Of a stretch of 64,000 nt of DNA, positions 1 through 12,100 are shown in pieces (within the stretch, counting starts at the first letter, position 1; every line of letters begins with the position of its first letter). The notes beneath the pieces were generated by a model. The model worked only from the letters and a program-made list of their open reading frames with translations, was not told the DNA's origin and did no database searches. The translations under genes were made by a program, and so were the position numbers. Source of the stretch: Neoechinorhynchus agilis (Eukaryota; Animalia; Acanthocephala); NCBI GenBank assembly GCA_051530055.1, contig CM121342.1, positions 9,935,480 through 9,999,479 on the forward strand, in the 5' to 3' direction.

Positions 1-1463
1 TTCCGCTCCCGGTTTTCCGAAATCCGAAATTCCCTTGCCCACCGTTTTCTACTCCAATACTCGTAGCCTCCTTCCTAAACTAGCAGTCCATTTCACAGCT
101 CCTCTGAGAAACGATCCTATATAATTCATAATTGCTGGCATCTATCGCCCTCCGGCCTCTCGTCCGGAGTCCGCTTTGCGCCAACTTGATTTTATGATGG
201 AGCTCATAAACTCCACAAATTCACACCATTTCTTAATTGCAGGAGGCTTCAATAATCTATTTCGTCTTTTATCCTTCTCCGAGTTGTGTCAACTTATTGG
301 CTTCCCAACTTGTCTTGACGCTCACCTCGAGAAACTGTACAAAAAATGTCGACGCCCACCCATCCGCCTTTAAATTTCTTCCCTTGCGAACTCTAACCAC
401 TCTTCTGCCTTTATCACTTCCTTCAACCGCAACTCAGCGTGTGAAATCTCCCCGTTTTCCCGTCTGGGATAAACGTGATCATCACATCTACAATTTTATA
501 AAACTATTTAGTTCTATGATTCGCACATTCCACTCTGACAACACAAATGACCATTCCTTGGCCATGTTCTCCCTAACCTCAATCATAGAAAATTCCCTAG
601 CTTCGGCAATTCCCAAGAAATTCATTAGGATGTCGAACCGCGACCCTCCATGGGTAACCCCCTTCTGAAGCTTCTACAAAGGCAAGCTTCTAAGGTCCAT
701 CGCAATAACCAACAAGAAATAAAATACTTACTCAACATGGTGGAGGGCCGTCAAAGACTCTTGGTCTACGCCACCCGGAACCTTTCCCCAATTTGCCCTT
801 CACTGAATTAAAACAGGTTCTAGATTCCATTATTCAGAACCTCTGCCCTGACTCAATTCACAATCACTGCTCAACATCAGTCTCCAAACAATCTTTCACG
901 CCCACACCTGAAACTTTTGTCAACTCGTCCATATTCCCCGTAGTTTCGTCATACGAAGTACTACAGCATCTCAAGTAATTATCTCACAATTCGTCCTCTC
1001 AATCCGAAATCCAAAACTGGACTCTTCGTTACATCATCCCCGAACTCATCGACCGTCTTACCAACATTATAAACCTCAGCCTTTTATATGGCATCTACCC
1101 CTCATGTCTGAAGACTGCTAAAGCTACCCTTGTTCCAAAAAAAGGACATTCGATTTCCACCGAATCATGCCGTCCAATATACTTTCTACCTGCTCTTTGA
1201 AAAATCATTGAAAAATGTTTTAAATCTCGCCTTCTTTCACTTCTCAACGAAAATTTATCGGCCCTACAATTCGGATTCCATCCCAAATTTTCTGCAACCG
1301 ATGCCCTACTTTGCATTTATGACACGTTCCTGCGCAACCTCGACAATAATCCTTTGCTTGTCACCCGTCTCATTCAACTTGATTTATCGAAAGCATTCGA
1401 CTCCGTGGATCATTCACTCCTTCTCCGGGCCTGCTCCGATTTTGGTTTCAACTTGTGACAGAA
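1..1463 (+). mobile_element. Decayed L2/CR1-like LINE (APE endonuclease + RT fragments), 3' truncated
   Basis: Endonuclease motifs IAGIYRPP and FLIAGGFNN near 130-260. RT motifs LQFGFHP and LDLSKAFDSVDH at about 1260-1420. Stops and frameshifts present. 946-1463 is nearly identical to the reverse-strand copy at about 46095-46615. Confidence 0.85.
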
Positions 1464-2014
1464 ACGTTAAAAAAAGTTCAGATTGGAGCGGAGGAACATC
1501 TTTATCATCCAATTGCAAACCAACTCTTCCAAGGTTGCTCGATCCGACGACATCAATTGTCTCAATTGCGAGAATGTGCACGCGCCGCTTCGAGTTTTAA
1601 CATCCTTTAAGGAAGGTTTTAAACGCCACAAAAAGGTTCAATATGCGATCGTACTTTCAAATGCGTTCGGTTTTCTGAAAGAAGTACAGAAAATGGGGAA
1701 GGTGTATACGAGTTTGAGATTTAGTTTTCCGGATATCTCTGATTTGTAATCTCAACTTTAGTACCTTTTTTTCAGTTAAAGAAATGTGTCTTTTCGATTT
1801 GAACAACATGCTAATTTCTAAGATTTTGTTTACTTTAAGTACTGGAGATTATAATGCAAATCGTAACGTTAAATGGAAAAATTCAATTATGGATAGGGTT
1901 GTTAATTCAATAACAAAAATAGACTCCAATTATAATTTAAATGTTATTTATTTTCTTGCCCTATCGAAAATTGCGCTCATGTATTGCTTTCTCGATATTC
2001 AGATCGATTAAGCA

Positions 2015-2752
2015 ATGTTCGCTCGCCGTTTTTCATCTTCATCCGCTTGGCCGAACGATTTGACTAGAATGATAGTTGAGATTCTGATGTCTGCTAATCA
2101 AATTGGTTCTAAAGCAAAACTCGGTCTTCTCAACTCCGTGGATCCAAGATATCCTTATCCTGGAAACATTGGACGTCCAAATGCTGATCACATGTACGAA
2201 CAACCGAGAAATAAAGCTTGCAAAAAATTGGCAACTCCTCTAAGAATTAAAGAATGTCCCACGCGCTTTATGACCAGCGATGATCGATTTTATAGCATTC
2301 ACCGAGCAGCCAAAAGTGTATTCGACAATTCAATGAACCAGGAAAATCTTCGAAGTGTTAATTGTGCTCTGAGCCTCCTTCACCAACATCCCGACAAAGG
2401 CGCGTGGGTCAGTCTTATAAGAAGCGAGCCTTCAAATTATCACTATGGTGAATCATTAAATAGAATTACATTCGTGACCAATAGGTCTCGGATATTATTG
2501 GCTCCAGAAATGGGGCAAATCAAAGGAGCGCTTTCTATTATGATGAAGCGTATAAAGTTACTCTTAGTTTCAAATGGATTCATTGCCGAGAGCTTTGACT
2601 ATCATGACACTCCCGGAATTCCATTTCCACTCGAATTGACAAAACTCGCGGAACACAATCCGAAATTACCGGAATCACGCTCTGAATACGTATTGGGATT
2701 TATCGTTACTTCAGCTCCTTTTGGAATTCTTAAAATCAATATTGATTTGTAA
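2015..2752 (+). CDS. MMADHC: Single-exon MMADHC (cblD)-like cobalamin trafficking protein, divergent
   Basis: 245-aa ORF. DPRYPYPGNIG resembles DQRFQLPGNIG, IKECP resembles IQTCP, NGFIAESFD resembles EGYWADFID, and VLGFIVTSAP resembles VVGSIFTNAT, in the same order as MMADHC. Confidence 0.6.
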   Translation: MFARRFSSSSAWPNDLTRMIVEILMSANQIGSKAKLGLLNSVDPRYPYPGNIGRPNADHMYEQPRNKACKKLATPLRIKECPTRFMTSDDRFYSIHRAAKSVFDNSMNQENLRSVNCALSLLHQHPDKGAWVSLIRSEPSNYHYGESLNRITFVTNRSRILLAPEMGQIKGALSIMMKRIKLLLVSNGFIAESFDYHDTPGIPFPLELTKLAEHNPKLPESRSEYVLGFIVTSAPFGILKINIDL

Positions 2753-2996
2753 TTATAGGCGGCTAATGAATAAAACCGAATTTCGGTCACGTTAAACTTT
2801 TCGCACAAATTAAAAAATGTTTCCCGCAATTTTGTTGATCGTTTTATAACCAGTTTTCCGGCCATTTTACTCGATTTTTAACTTTAGGGGTAATCGTTGA
2901 CTCGTTTTTAAATTAAAAACTTTAGTTGTGCATAGATTTTATTAAACTTTTATCGCTTTAAATACAATTCGATTTATTGCACCGATCTTGATATCA

Positions 2997-5070
2997 TTAG
3001 CAATAGTTTACGTAACCAGGATTGAAGTACAAAAGTTTTGTCAAATGATTTGATGTGTATGGACTTTGAAACATTGGAGGATCGCTTAAACTATCATCAT
3101 CTTTGTCGCGTTGAATTTTTTGTTGCCATTTTCTCAGTTTTCTAATTATTACACCATTCACAAGAAGCGCTAGTTTTCCCAAGTCATAACACCAAGCACC
3201 TTTCGAAAGGACAGCCGCCACCGATTGAAGGAATACTCCTCCCAGCTTAGGAAATCGGAGCGATACGAAACCTACAAATACAGATCGAAAATGAACAGTA
3301 TGATCAACTAAATTCGTTGGAATCGTGAGTTATTAGTGGTTTGAATTCGTCAGATAAACGCTTATTATCTTCCCCTGACCACAAACTCCTTTTTGTCCAA
3401 TTTGGGACTTAAACTGGTACGAATACTTTTTTAACGACGATGAATCGAATATTTGAATAAAAAATTTAACACAAGACTTACTCGGTTGAGTTGAATACCA
3501 AATGAACATATCACTCCTCATAGGTTCCCTCGTGAACAATATGGCATCAGTTCGAAAGCCTGTATCATCTCTCTCACGTTTTTTTCTATACCACTTCTTT
3601 CCAATATTTCCAATCCAAGATACGGGACTTGAGAAATATGCCCGTGGAGACTTTTGTACTTAAGTTTTTAATAAGCACACTTTAATCTTTGACACTCGTT
3701 ACCTCCGCTTCCATTCGATGTAGTGCTTGCATCTTGCGATTTGGATTCATGATCGCTCTGGTGTGTTAAATGGTACGTGAGGTTCTGTCGTTCTGTTAAA
3801 TGTATTTTGGATAAAACAATAATAACTTTAAATTACACATATCTTTACCTCCTCTACAACACTGAAATAGAAACAATTTAGGTTTCTCAGGAATAATGCT
3901 TTCAAACTGGTCAAGGACGTCTTGTTCGAGCTAGATGGTAATTGGAGTAAATCATGATATTCTGACGTACTTACGTTCAATTTCAGACAATCTGAAGTAT
4001 ATACAAAATCGTCACTCCCATGTCCAAGAATTATGAGAACAAATCCATCCAAATATCTCAACGCTTTCAGTTCGTGTATGATCTCAGTTAGAACGTAAAT
4101 GGTTTTCTTTAAATCAGTGAAAAGTGATTAATGGTTTTCTTAAACAAAAGTGATATTTTGATGTCGACAACAATGAAAATAAAACCATGCCGAGGACGCA
4201 CAAACAAAAGGGACGAAACACCGCTGAAGGAAGGAAACTCACTGATGAGTTCAAGGAAATCCTTGATCCAGACCGGTGGGCTCTGTGAAGCAGGGGAAAT
4301 CAGCCGTGTATGGGATAATTACTTCAAAATACACTCGAAATATCTTCGCCGAACTTACGGGCAACGAAAGGTTATTTTCAACCCGAACGCGAAACCCAAG
4401 CTGATCAAATAGACGAGCAGCACACCGTACATCCAGCTCGGACCCTCGTCTACGATCACCATCGCTATATTTTGCATAGTTCAGGATTAAGCAAGGTCCA
4501 CGCGGACTATGACACATCTCGTATCTCAGATTTCCACGGATCTCCTTTCGTCTTGGATCGAGATACTTGTACTGACTGAACTCCACTTCTGTGAGTTTAA
4601 GCACTTCGAAATTTGGTTCAAGGTCTTCCAAAAAATCTTGTTCAGCTATATTGTTCTATCTCGTTTTAGCAAATATAAACATTCATCACTGACCGGGAAA
4701 GTGCATTGCATTTTCATCACTCGCCTCCATAGCAAAACTATATCGAGCGCTGTTCGTGAAAGGAATTTGATTGTGCGATGCCGCTGGATTAGTGTCAGCC
4801 GTATTAGATTGATCGATTCCAATCAGTCCTAATAATATTTTGCGGAATGAATCATTTAATTCTCTTGCCTAATAACTTAATATTTTTGAGAGATGATATG
4901 TGCGCCTAAAAGATTACCTTAAAAATTAGCTCGTCATCTTCTAAACAAATATGGTTGCAAATATTTGTCAGTTTAGCCATCATATTTTCCAGTTCATTGT
5001 CTAAGTCAATTACTTTCTCACAAATCGGCGATTGTTTCATTGAATCGATATCAATTATAGGTTTGCTGCT
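2997..5070 (-). CDS. Multi-exon caspase (p20 + p10); 5' end uncertain
   Basis: p20 start PRGPCLILN...RRGSELD (4360-4520). Catalytic His in ILGHG (about 4020). KPKLFLFQCCRG (3850-3885). p10 DMFIWYSTQP (about 3485-3515) and LTKLLYFNPG (about 3015-3045). GT-AG introns join these exons in frame. Confidence 0.85.
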
Positions 5071-5607
5071 AAATGTATGGTGTAAGATGGAAAGGGTGTA
5101 AATAACCTCTCATTATAATCTTTATTCGAATATCTTCGGGGTCAGGAATATGAAATTTATGCTAAAATCATTAATCGTACTGCGTTTACGAGATTGTTTC
5201 TTAATCTAATTTTCAAAAAAAAGGCCGGTAAATAAGATTGTTCCTAGTAGAGTTGTGCGCATAGAAAAACGTATGAAAAACTTCCCCTGAGAAAGTTGGA
5301 ATAAGAAATTATACAATGGATAGTGAACGAAGGTTAATCGGCTTTCAGGTAGATTTTCCCGGTTGTGCGAATATCTTTTTGAAAAGCAGAAATTAATGAT
5401 AAGTGGTGATTTTTTTAGAAAACTATAAAATTTGAAGTGGTTCACCTAGAAGAGTTAGAAACTTATAAATGGATTTCGGATCAAGTGACGTGCCATTTGG
5501 CATTTATATAATGGAGGAAACGCCCATTATTTGGAATCTGAATTATAATCAATTAAATTTTGAGCTACATTCAAAAAGAACGGTTTTGCAAATTTAAAGT
5601 TTATCTT

Positions 5608-6004
5608 ACGAATTCGGTCTTTTGTTATCAAATGCAATCAAAGACAGCAGCTGCATTAGCTCCGCATTAACATCCTTTTCAGTGGAGGAAGTCTTGTTAG
5701 AATCATTAGTGAACAACATGTGAACCATAAAAAAGCACCTTTTTCAGTTTTATTAGTGTTAAACGATTTACCGACACTTGTTTGGTCGCAAGTTCTCGAA
5801 TGAATTCTATATTGAGAAGATCGTCCAATATTGTTGAGATATTTGACTCAGTGGACCGTTTATCGTTTTTTGCCAATTTAGACGTACCACCTATTTTTGT
5901 ATTTAAGCTTGTAGCTTTAAATAAGAAGTGTACTAACCGTTCGATAGCGAACCATTGCTTAAACGACTTTTTGCTGAATGCCAAATATTATCTTCCTCCG
6001 CCAT
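5608..6004 (-). CDS. Short multi-exon coding segment; either the caspase prodomain or a separate small gene
   Basis: ATG at 6004. Exons MAEEDNIW..., GTSKLAKND...LATKQ and TSSTEKDVNAELMQLL can be joined by short GT-AG introns. The link to the downstream caspase exons is unresolved. Confidence 0.3.
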
Positions 6005-6103
6005 TAAAACCAAACTTTTGTGTAAAATACAAAAAAACGTACGTAAACGAGTCACATTTGTAAAAAACTGTTAAAACAACCAGTTGGTTCATTATTGGTT
6101 TTT

Positions 6104-9100
6104 ATGGAGTTTGAACTCATAAGAACTATTCAACAAAGAGTAAATCGCAATTTCAACACTAACTACTGCTATAATGAAGTACTTACAATACTGAGCGAAT
6201 GTTTAACGGAATTCAATACTTTAAGTATTCTTTGGACATTCGCTGAACGTACATATGTTCAAAATCCAATCAAATCGAACGCAACATTTAGTGATTTTTA
6301 TTCAAAGGCCATTGAAAGCATCAAAGAAATCGCAATGTGTTCATCTGAGACTGCTGCTCTTCATTTGTTATCAAAGTCCTTAGATGTCAGTGTTGCGATA
6401 AATTCAATCTTGGACAATGAGAAATGCGTTACATTGTTCGATGGAATCGATGTGATCGAATTAAAAAACAACGTTCAACATTCACTAATGAATGAATTTA
6501 TTGGCTTCAGTCCGACTGGATTAACAAACGATAGTATGAGTACAAGTCCAGACGATACGAGTTCGAGCGCTGTGAAATGGAACGTTATCAAATGCTGCTT
6601 CGATGAAACTGATTGGATGATCCCTTATGATGAATACGAATGCTGTCTAAATACGAGGCTCCACACTTATGATTCCGAGGATGAATTCACGTTATTTCCA
6701 CGCTTGTCTATCCATGAGTGGCTAGCCGATGTATCCGGGCTGCTTCAAACACTAGCAGCCACGACCATTTTGAACGAATGTAAAAGATTAGAGAGTCTGA
6801 AAAAAATGAACAGCATCCTTCGTGATTTCATGGCAATCAATCCGAAAGCGATTACACCCGATTGCCATATATATCTGTTCAGATCGATCGCCAGTTTTAT
6901 ACGGGTTACCTCCGTACTTGTCGCATCCATCGAGGAATTTATGGAATCTTTAATAGATCCTTTAATGGAAACTGTTACTACGGTTTTCAATTCAAAAGCA
7001 CCACTATATGAACTGCTCGATTATAGACCAAACTATGACTTTTACGCAGAAGGAAATCTTGAAACCATTACTTCATTACCGATCAAGAAAATGGATTATT
7101 TCAAGGAAGGCATTCTAATAACTATCTTTGTCGAATCAGAAGACTTGACCTACTTTTACAGTGAAGTCTTAAATGCGGTAGGTATTTTTTAGTTACCTTG
7201 ATTTGGATGGGAAATTCTTTTGGTAAAATGTAATTTTTAAGCGAGTCATCCTCAAATACTTGAACCAGGACATAATCAGAAGATGCCGGGATTATTTGGG
7301 AATGACACGCTGATTTTTCTAAAAATTAATAACCTTCCAGACGAAAAAAGCATTTGAAACTTTTAACGTCTTAAGATGTGCTTCGTTTTCTTCAAATAAT
7401 TTTTTTTCCTCTAATAAAATCACCTTTAAAAAATTACAATGCAAGTTTATTTACTTGCAAGAGATTTTTTTATTGATCTTAAACTTTACCCAGAAACATT
7501 TCCAACGGTTGCTCATTCAACAGGACCAATAAAAAACTTGTTCATTCGCATCCTGTGCAAAATACGCGGACAACATCATAATGAGTACTGCGTTCCAAAA
7601 TATCAAACAATATTCATCGTCTTCGCCTCGATTTGTCATTTCGTATTACTGTCGTGGTCGTTGGAATGATTTTCGCCGAATTATTCACCCGTTAATTGAT
7701 CGCGTGCTAGTTCCGTCGTTTCTCAAATCTAACATTTGATCATCGTTTTTCTCTTTTCTGGTTGCTTTAAAGCATCCAAGCTGATAATTTTTCATCAACA
7801 ATGATTTCCTCGTAGATTTGCGCCATCGCGTGCTCAAATCATGTCAGGCGTTCTTATTCTTGAAACCGCTAGAAAAATTATTCTTACTTGCTTTGTCTGC
7901 TCCATCTAATTTTTTATCCCCTGAGTAATAAAATGTTCGTCCTCGCCAAAACGAATTTTTTTCCTGCCACGTAAACATTTGCATGGCGAATGAAGGTCAC
8001 GACCCATTTTTTGCTATTTATACTTCTTTAAATCTGTAAAATCCTCCTCCTTCAACATCTTTTTGGGCTGAGAACTAAAATAAAAACACAATAAAAAACT
8101 TGGGCATTTTTTGCTGACTGTTCATGTTGTTAGGTGCTGCCGAATTGTTTCTTGAGTTTTTATTGGACAGTTTTTAAGCGTATATTGATAATGCTGTGTG
8201 TCATTTTTCTTTTTATCAGTTGCTTATATTAAAATTAGTTTGTTTTTAAAAATTAATTTTTGTTTCATCACAAACTTCATTTAGTTTTCGGAAACTTTTG
8301 GTATCAACAGTCTGCCCGATTTCGTAGTTTCGCTTATTGGACAGAACGAAAATTTCGCCTGTAAGCTGTTGAACATTATTTTAAAAGAAATATTGCCATT
8401 CGTACAACATGATACTTTTGTCGCCCACTTGGAAGCCACAATTATGATGCTTTCTCAGGACGTTGGAATGTTCATTGAAAAGAGCAAGGCCGGAATTTCC
8501 GTCCTTGAAACAATGCTGGAAATATCAAATTTGCTAAATAGTCGAAATATTTCCGAACAGATAGCCGACACAATTGGTTTGGTATTCGTCAATTTATTAA
8601 GTAATGAAGATAAATCAGAAACAATTGAGCTGATCCACAATAGTCTTATTCGTGGTTCACTTTCACGAGAGCTAAAAACACTCCGACTGATTTTGGTATC
8701 ATCGAATATCGAATCAATTCTGAATTCTGAGCTGAATGTGGATAAAAATATAGTTAGTAAATTGAAGTATCTGCTTCAATTCATTGATAAAACTGCATCA
8801 ATGGAGGTAATACATTTTAATTTATTGCCTTGTTATAATTTAGCAAACAACAGGAATACTCTGGTCAAATGGAAAATGCTCCCTATTCAACGGATGCTGA
8901 TTTACCTTTATGTGACTCATCGACATTCTTGGAAAAACTGGAATATTATTTTAGAATGTTTAAGAAAAAACTTGCCAATGAACCATTCAAAAATCTGAAG
9001 GAATTATATTGCACAAAACGAGAAATGATTTTGTTTATACAACGTACACTGAAGGAAAACAAATCGGAATATGTAGAAGCAATCAATGAAACTCTTAGTC

Positions 9101-12100
9101 AAATTGAACTTTCCTTAGCAAATGAAAATCATCCATTGATAAGCCAAATTAATATCGACACCTATGTTGACATTGTCTTCGTCGCTTTAAACCAACTGAA
9201 TACACAGGTTAGATGATTTTATTTTTAATAAAAAATTCAACTTTAAAAGGATGTACAAGTGCTAATTAAAGGCAACGCCACAGATTTTATATTATTTCTG
9301 TTTTCCCTACCAATCAAAATGATTGCTAACTATGAAGCAATGGCTGATACTCAAGCAAATTATGAAATACGTGATCAGAAGGAAGCGTATCGATCATCCG
9401 AATTCTCAAAGCAAAGATTATTTTGCAAGGTTAGTTACTCTCAGTTCTTTTTTCTTCATTATCACGAATAAATCGCAGTTATTTATTACGCTGGAAAATT
9501 TGCTTAGATTTATTTATTCCGAAAAAAGTCAAGTCGATATCATTATTAAACACGTTCCGGAATTCATTGAACTTGTTCTCTCAATAGATGCAATGCGTAT
9601 TTACGACAAATGGGCTAAAATGGTAAAATAATGTTTTGCAAATCTTATTCTATGTTTGTCTTCTTAGGCGTTAAACAAACTAATTCGTATTATTCTAGAG
9701 AATGAAAATTCTGAGATCCTTTTTGATAAAGCTATCGCATCACCAACAACGGAGGACGCCCTAAGGATAATTCGTTCTAAGGAAGATAACTCTGAGCGTG
9801 AGTATCGATTTTATTACTTCGTCCATGAATGAAATTTAGTTTACTTTGTACTATACACTCTAAGGAATCGATCATTGAATTCTGCTTTGTTGTGTGGATT
9901 CTCCATGTGACAACCTTGTGGCTCCTTGGAATGAATAAAAAAATTGACAACAGGTAGATTAATTTTCAAAACCACAAAAATACTTTGCTTGATTACTAAA
10001 TGATATTGACGTTTAATTTTCTACATACATACTTGAATTGATTTAAATCGTTGATCAATTCAACTGATTTTATTATAATAAGCAACATGCAATTAATCTT
10101 AGTTTAAAACTTCAATTTCCATACTCGGTTAGATATAAGCGTGTATTGTGTATAAAAGTGACAGTTTTACGTTAAAGTCTACATTATTGAGTAATTTTAC
10201 AATTTAAAAACCATACTAATAATTTTTGACAACTGAAAAGTTACCAAATAATTGATACTTGGACGTATTGTACTCGAGAAAGAAGAGGAAGCGTTATTAT
10301 TTATAACTTTATTTTTCGAATTTTCTAGGATCAAAGATTAACATATCGTTCTTTTTTTTGAAGTCTGGCCAGCACGGTTGTGTGCTCAAGAAAAATAATT
10401 AGCCGTAAAAAAGACCACACGTAGATACTGAATATCGTTTTATATTTTTGTTGGAGATTTTGGAGAATCCACGCGGTAGATTTTACCGTTGTAGAGGAGT
10501 ACAGTCATTTAATCGTCGATTTATGTATCTCGGAGGATTTGGATAATCGCGTGGCCGCTGAGAATCAACTGCAATGTAAAATGATGACTGAAATGTATTC
10601 TCACTCGAACGAAGCATTTCTTGGAGCAGTTTTAGCACAAATGGACTTTGAGTTTTTATTTTGTTGGAAGGTATCACCGTTTAATCATAAAAATATTTTT
10701 AAACCTAATTTAAAGTGTTTGTCCCTGGACGCTGCCCCTATACGAAGAGAAACATTATTTTTTCCTCGAGAAAATTACGAACATTTGTTTCGAATTATCC
10801 AACTAATTCGAACTTTTCTGAAACTATGCAACATGCAGTGCAGTGGAATATATGATGGATTTCATCGAACAATGCGCATGACAAGTCGTGTAATTATTTA
10901 TGAAGACGATGAGCATCATCTGAATTATATTTCAGTGAGTACCACTAGAATTTGGCATTATATGGAGAAAATCGCGCAGATTCAGGACGAATGCTCACTA
11001 GAAAAGGCAGCAAGCATAGTGAGAAAATCACATAACATAAATGATGATATTCAAATTGGATTTTCTACTTGTCACATGCAAGACGTAACAATAAGTTATC
11101 GCAGAAGTCATTGTTTTAAAATATATTTTTAGAATCCAAAGATTGTTTCAAATGGAATAGATTTTAATCATATTCTATGTGAGCAAGTCACTGTTGTTAC
11201 TTACAAAAAACAATTAGATACCGCAGTGTCTGATGCAAAGGTATATTTTCATCGTTATTTATAGATCGTTTATCGAGATTTATTTTATGTTATTATTCGA
11301 TTTTTAGAGTATGGTTTTTATGTTAAATATGTCCTAAAATGCCAAATTTAATTTCTATGATTGTATTTATTCTCATTTCTCAATTAAAAAATCTCTCTAA
11401 TACGTTCCTAAGGAAATAATTAATTTAATATTTTTTAGTTCGCAAGCAATATTGCATTTCCCACGAGCATTCCTAATTTACACGAAGTTCTATTGCATAT
11501 ACAGCAGTTGGAAACCGAATTGTTCTCAGATCCAACCCACAGACGACTGGTGATATATTGTGGCGAAATATTGGAACTTCTACCGATACATCCGAAAGTC
11601 GCCATGAAGATCATTGACGGCATTTCGGTGCGCATACTCGCCTTAATTTATTATTTATCTTTTTGTTACAATTAGGCAGGAGAATGGAATTTATTCTTCG
11701 GTGATGAGGTTGCTTGTGGCAATCTTCAATACTTCATCGAGGTGATCTTTCTCTTGTTAAAGGATTAAATAACGTGCTGTTCACAATTTAGACGCTGGTT
11801 GTTCTCCTAAATCCACTGGCCAACAAAAAAATCGATATTGACGATAGTATTTTGGAGAATTTCAGAGATATGTTTTACGCTCTTGGAGGTGTTGAAGGGC
11901 TTTGTCGAATTAAAAAATCCTCAAATAATGTGGTTTCGAATTCAATCAAATTAAAAGTCGTGGGTGGATTGACGTGAGTTCTTTGTTATTTCTTTAGTTT
12001 TCTTATATCTCTATTTAAGGAAAATCTTGTTTGATCGGAAAACTTCAACGCAAGACAAAACCAGTTTGGATATCGATAACAAACTGGTATCGGTTTGCAA

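Noticed and set aside
1464-2011. ORFs 1483-1749 and 1784-2011
   Set aside because: No recognisable motifs or consistent splice structure.
7440-8200. Transposase pseudogene inside the USP24 insert
   Set aside because: Minus-strand peptides such as IIVDEKLSAW only vaguely resemble piggyBac motifs and contain many stops.
9907-10456. Long USP24 intron as another non-canonical insert
   Set aside because: A GT-AG pair restores the frame (GFSIFWRIHA). Other long introns (e.g. 63025-63605 in RAD17 and the ArgRS-like intron) also have canonical solutions.
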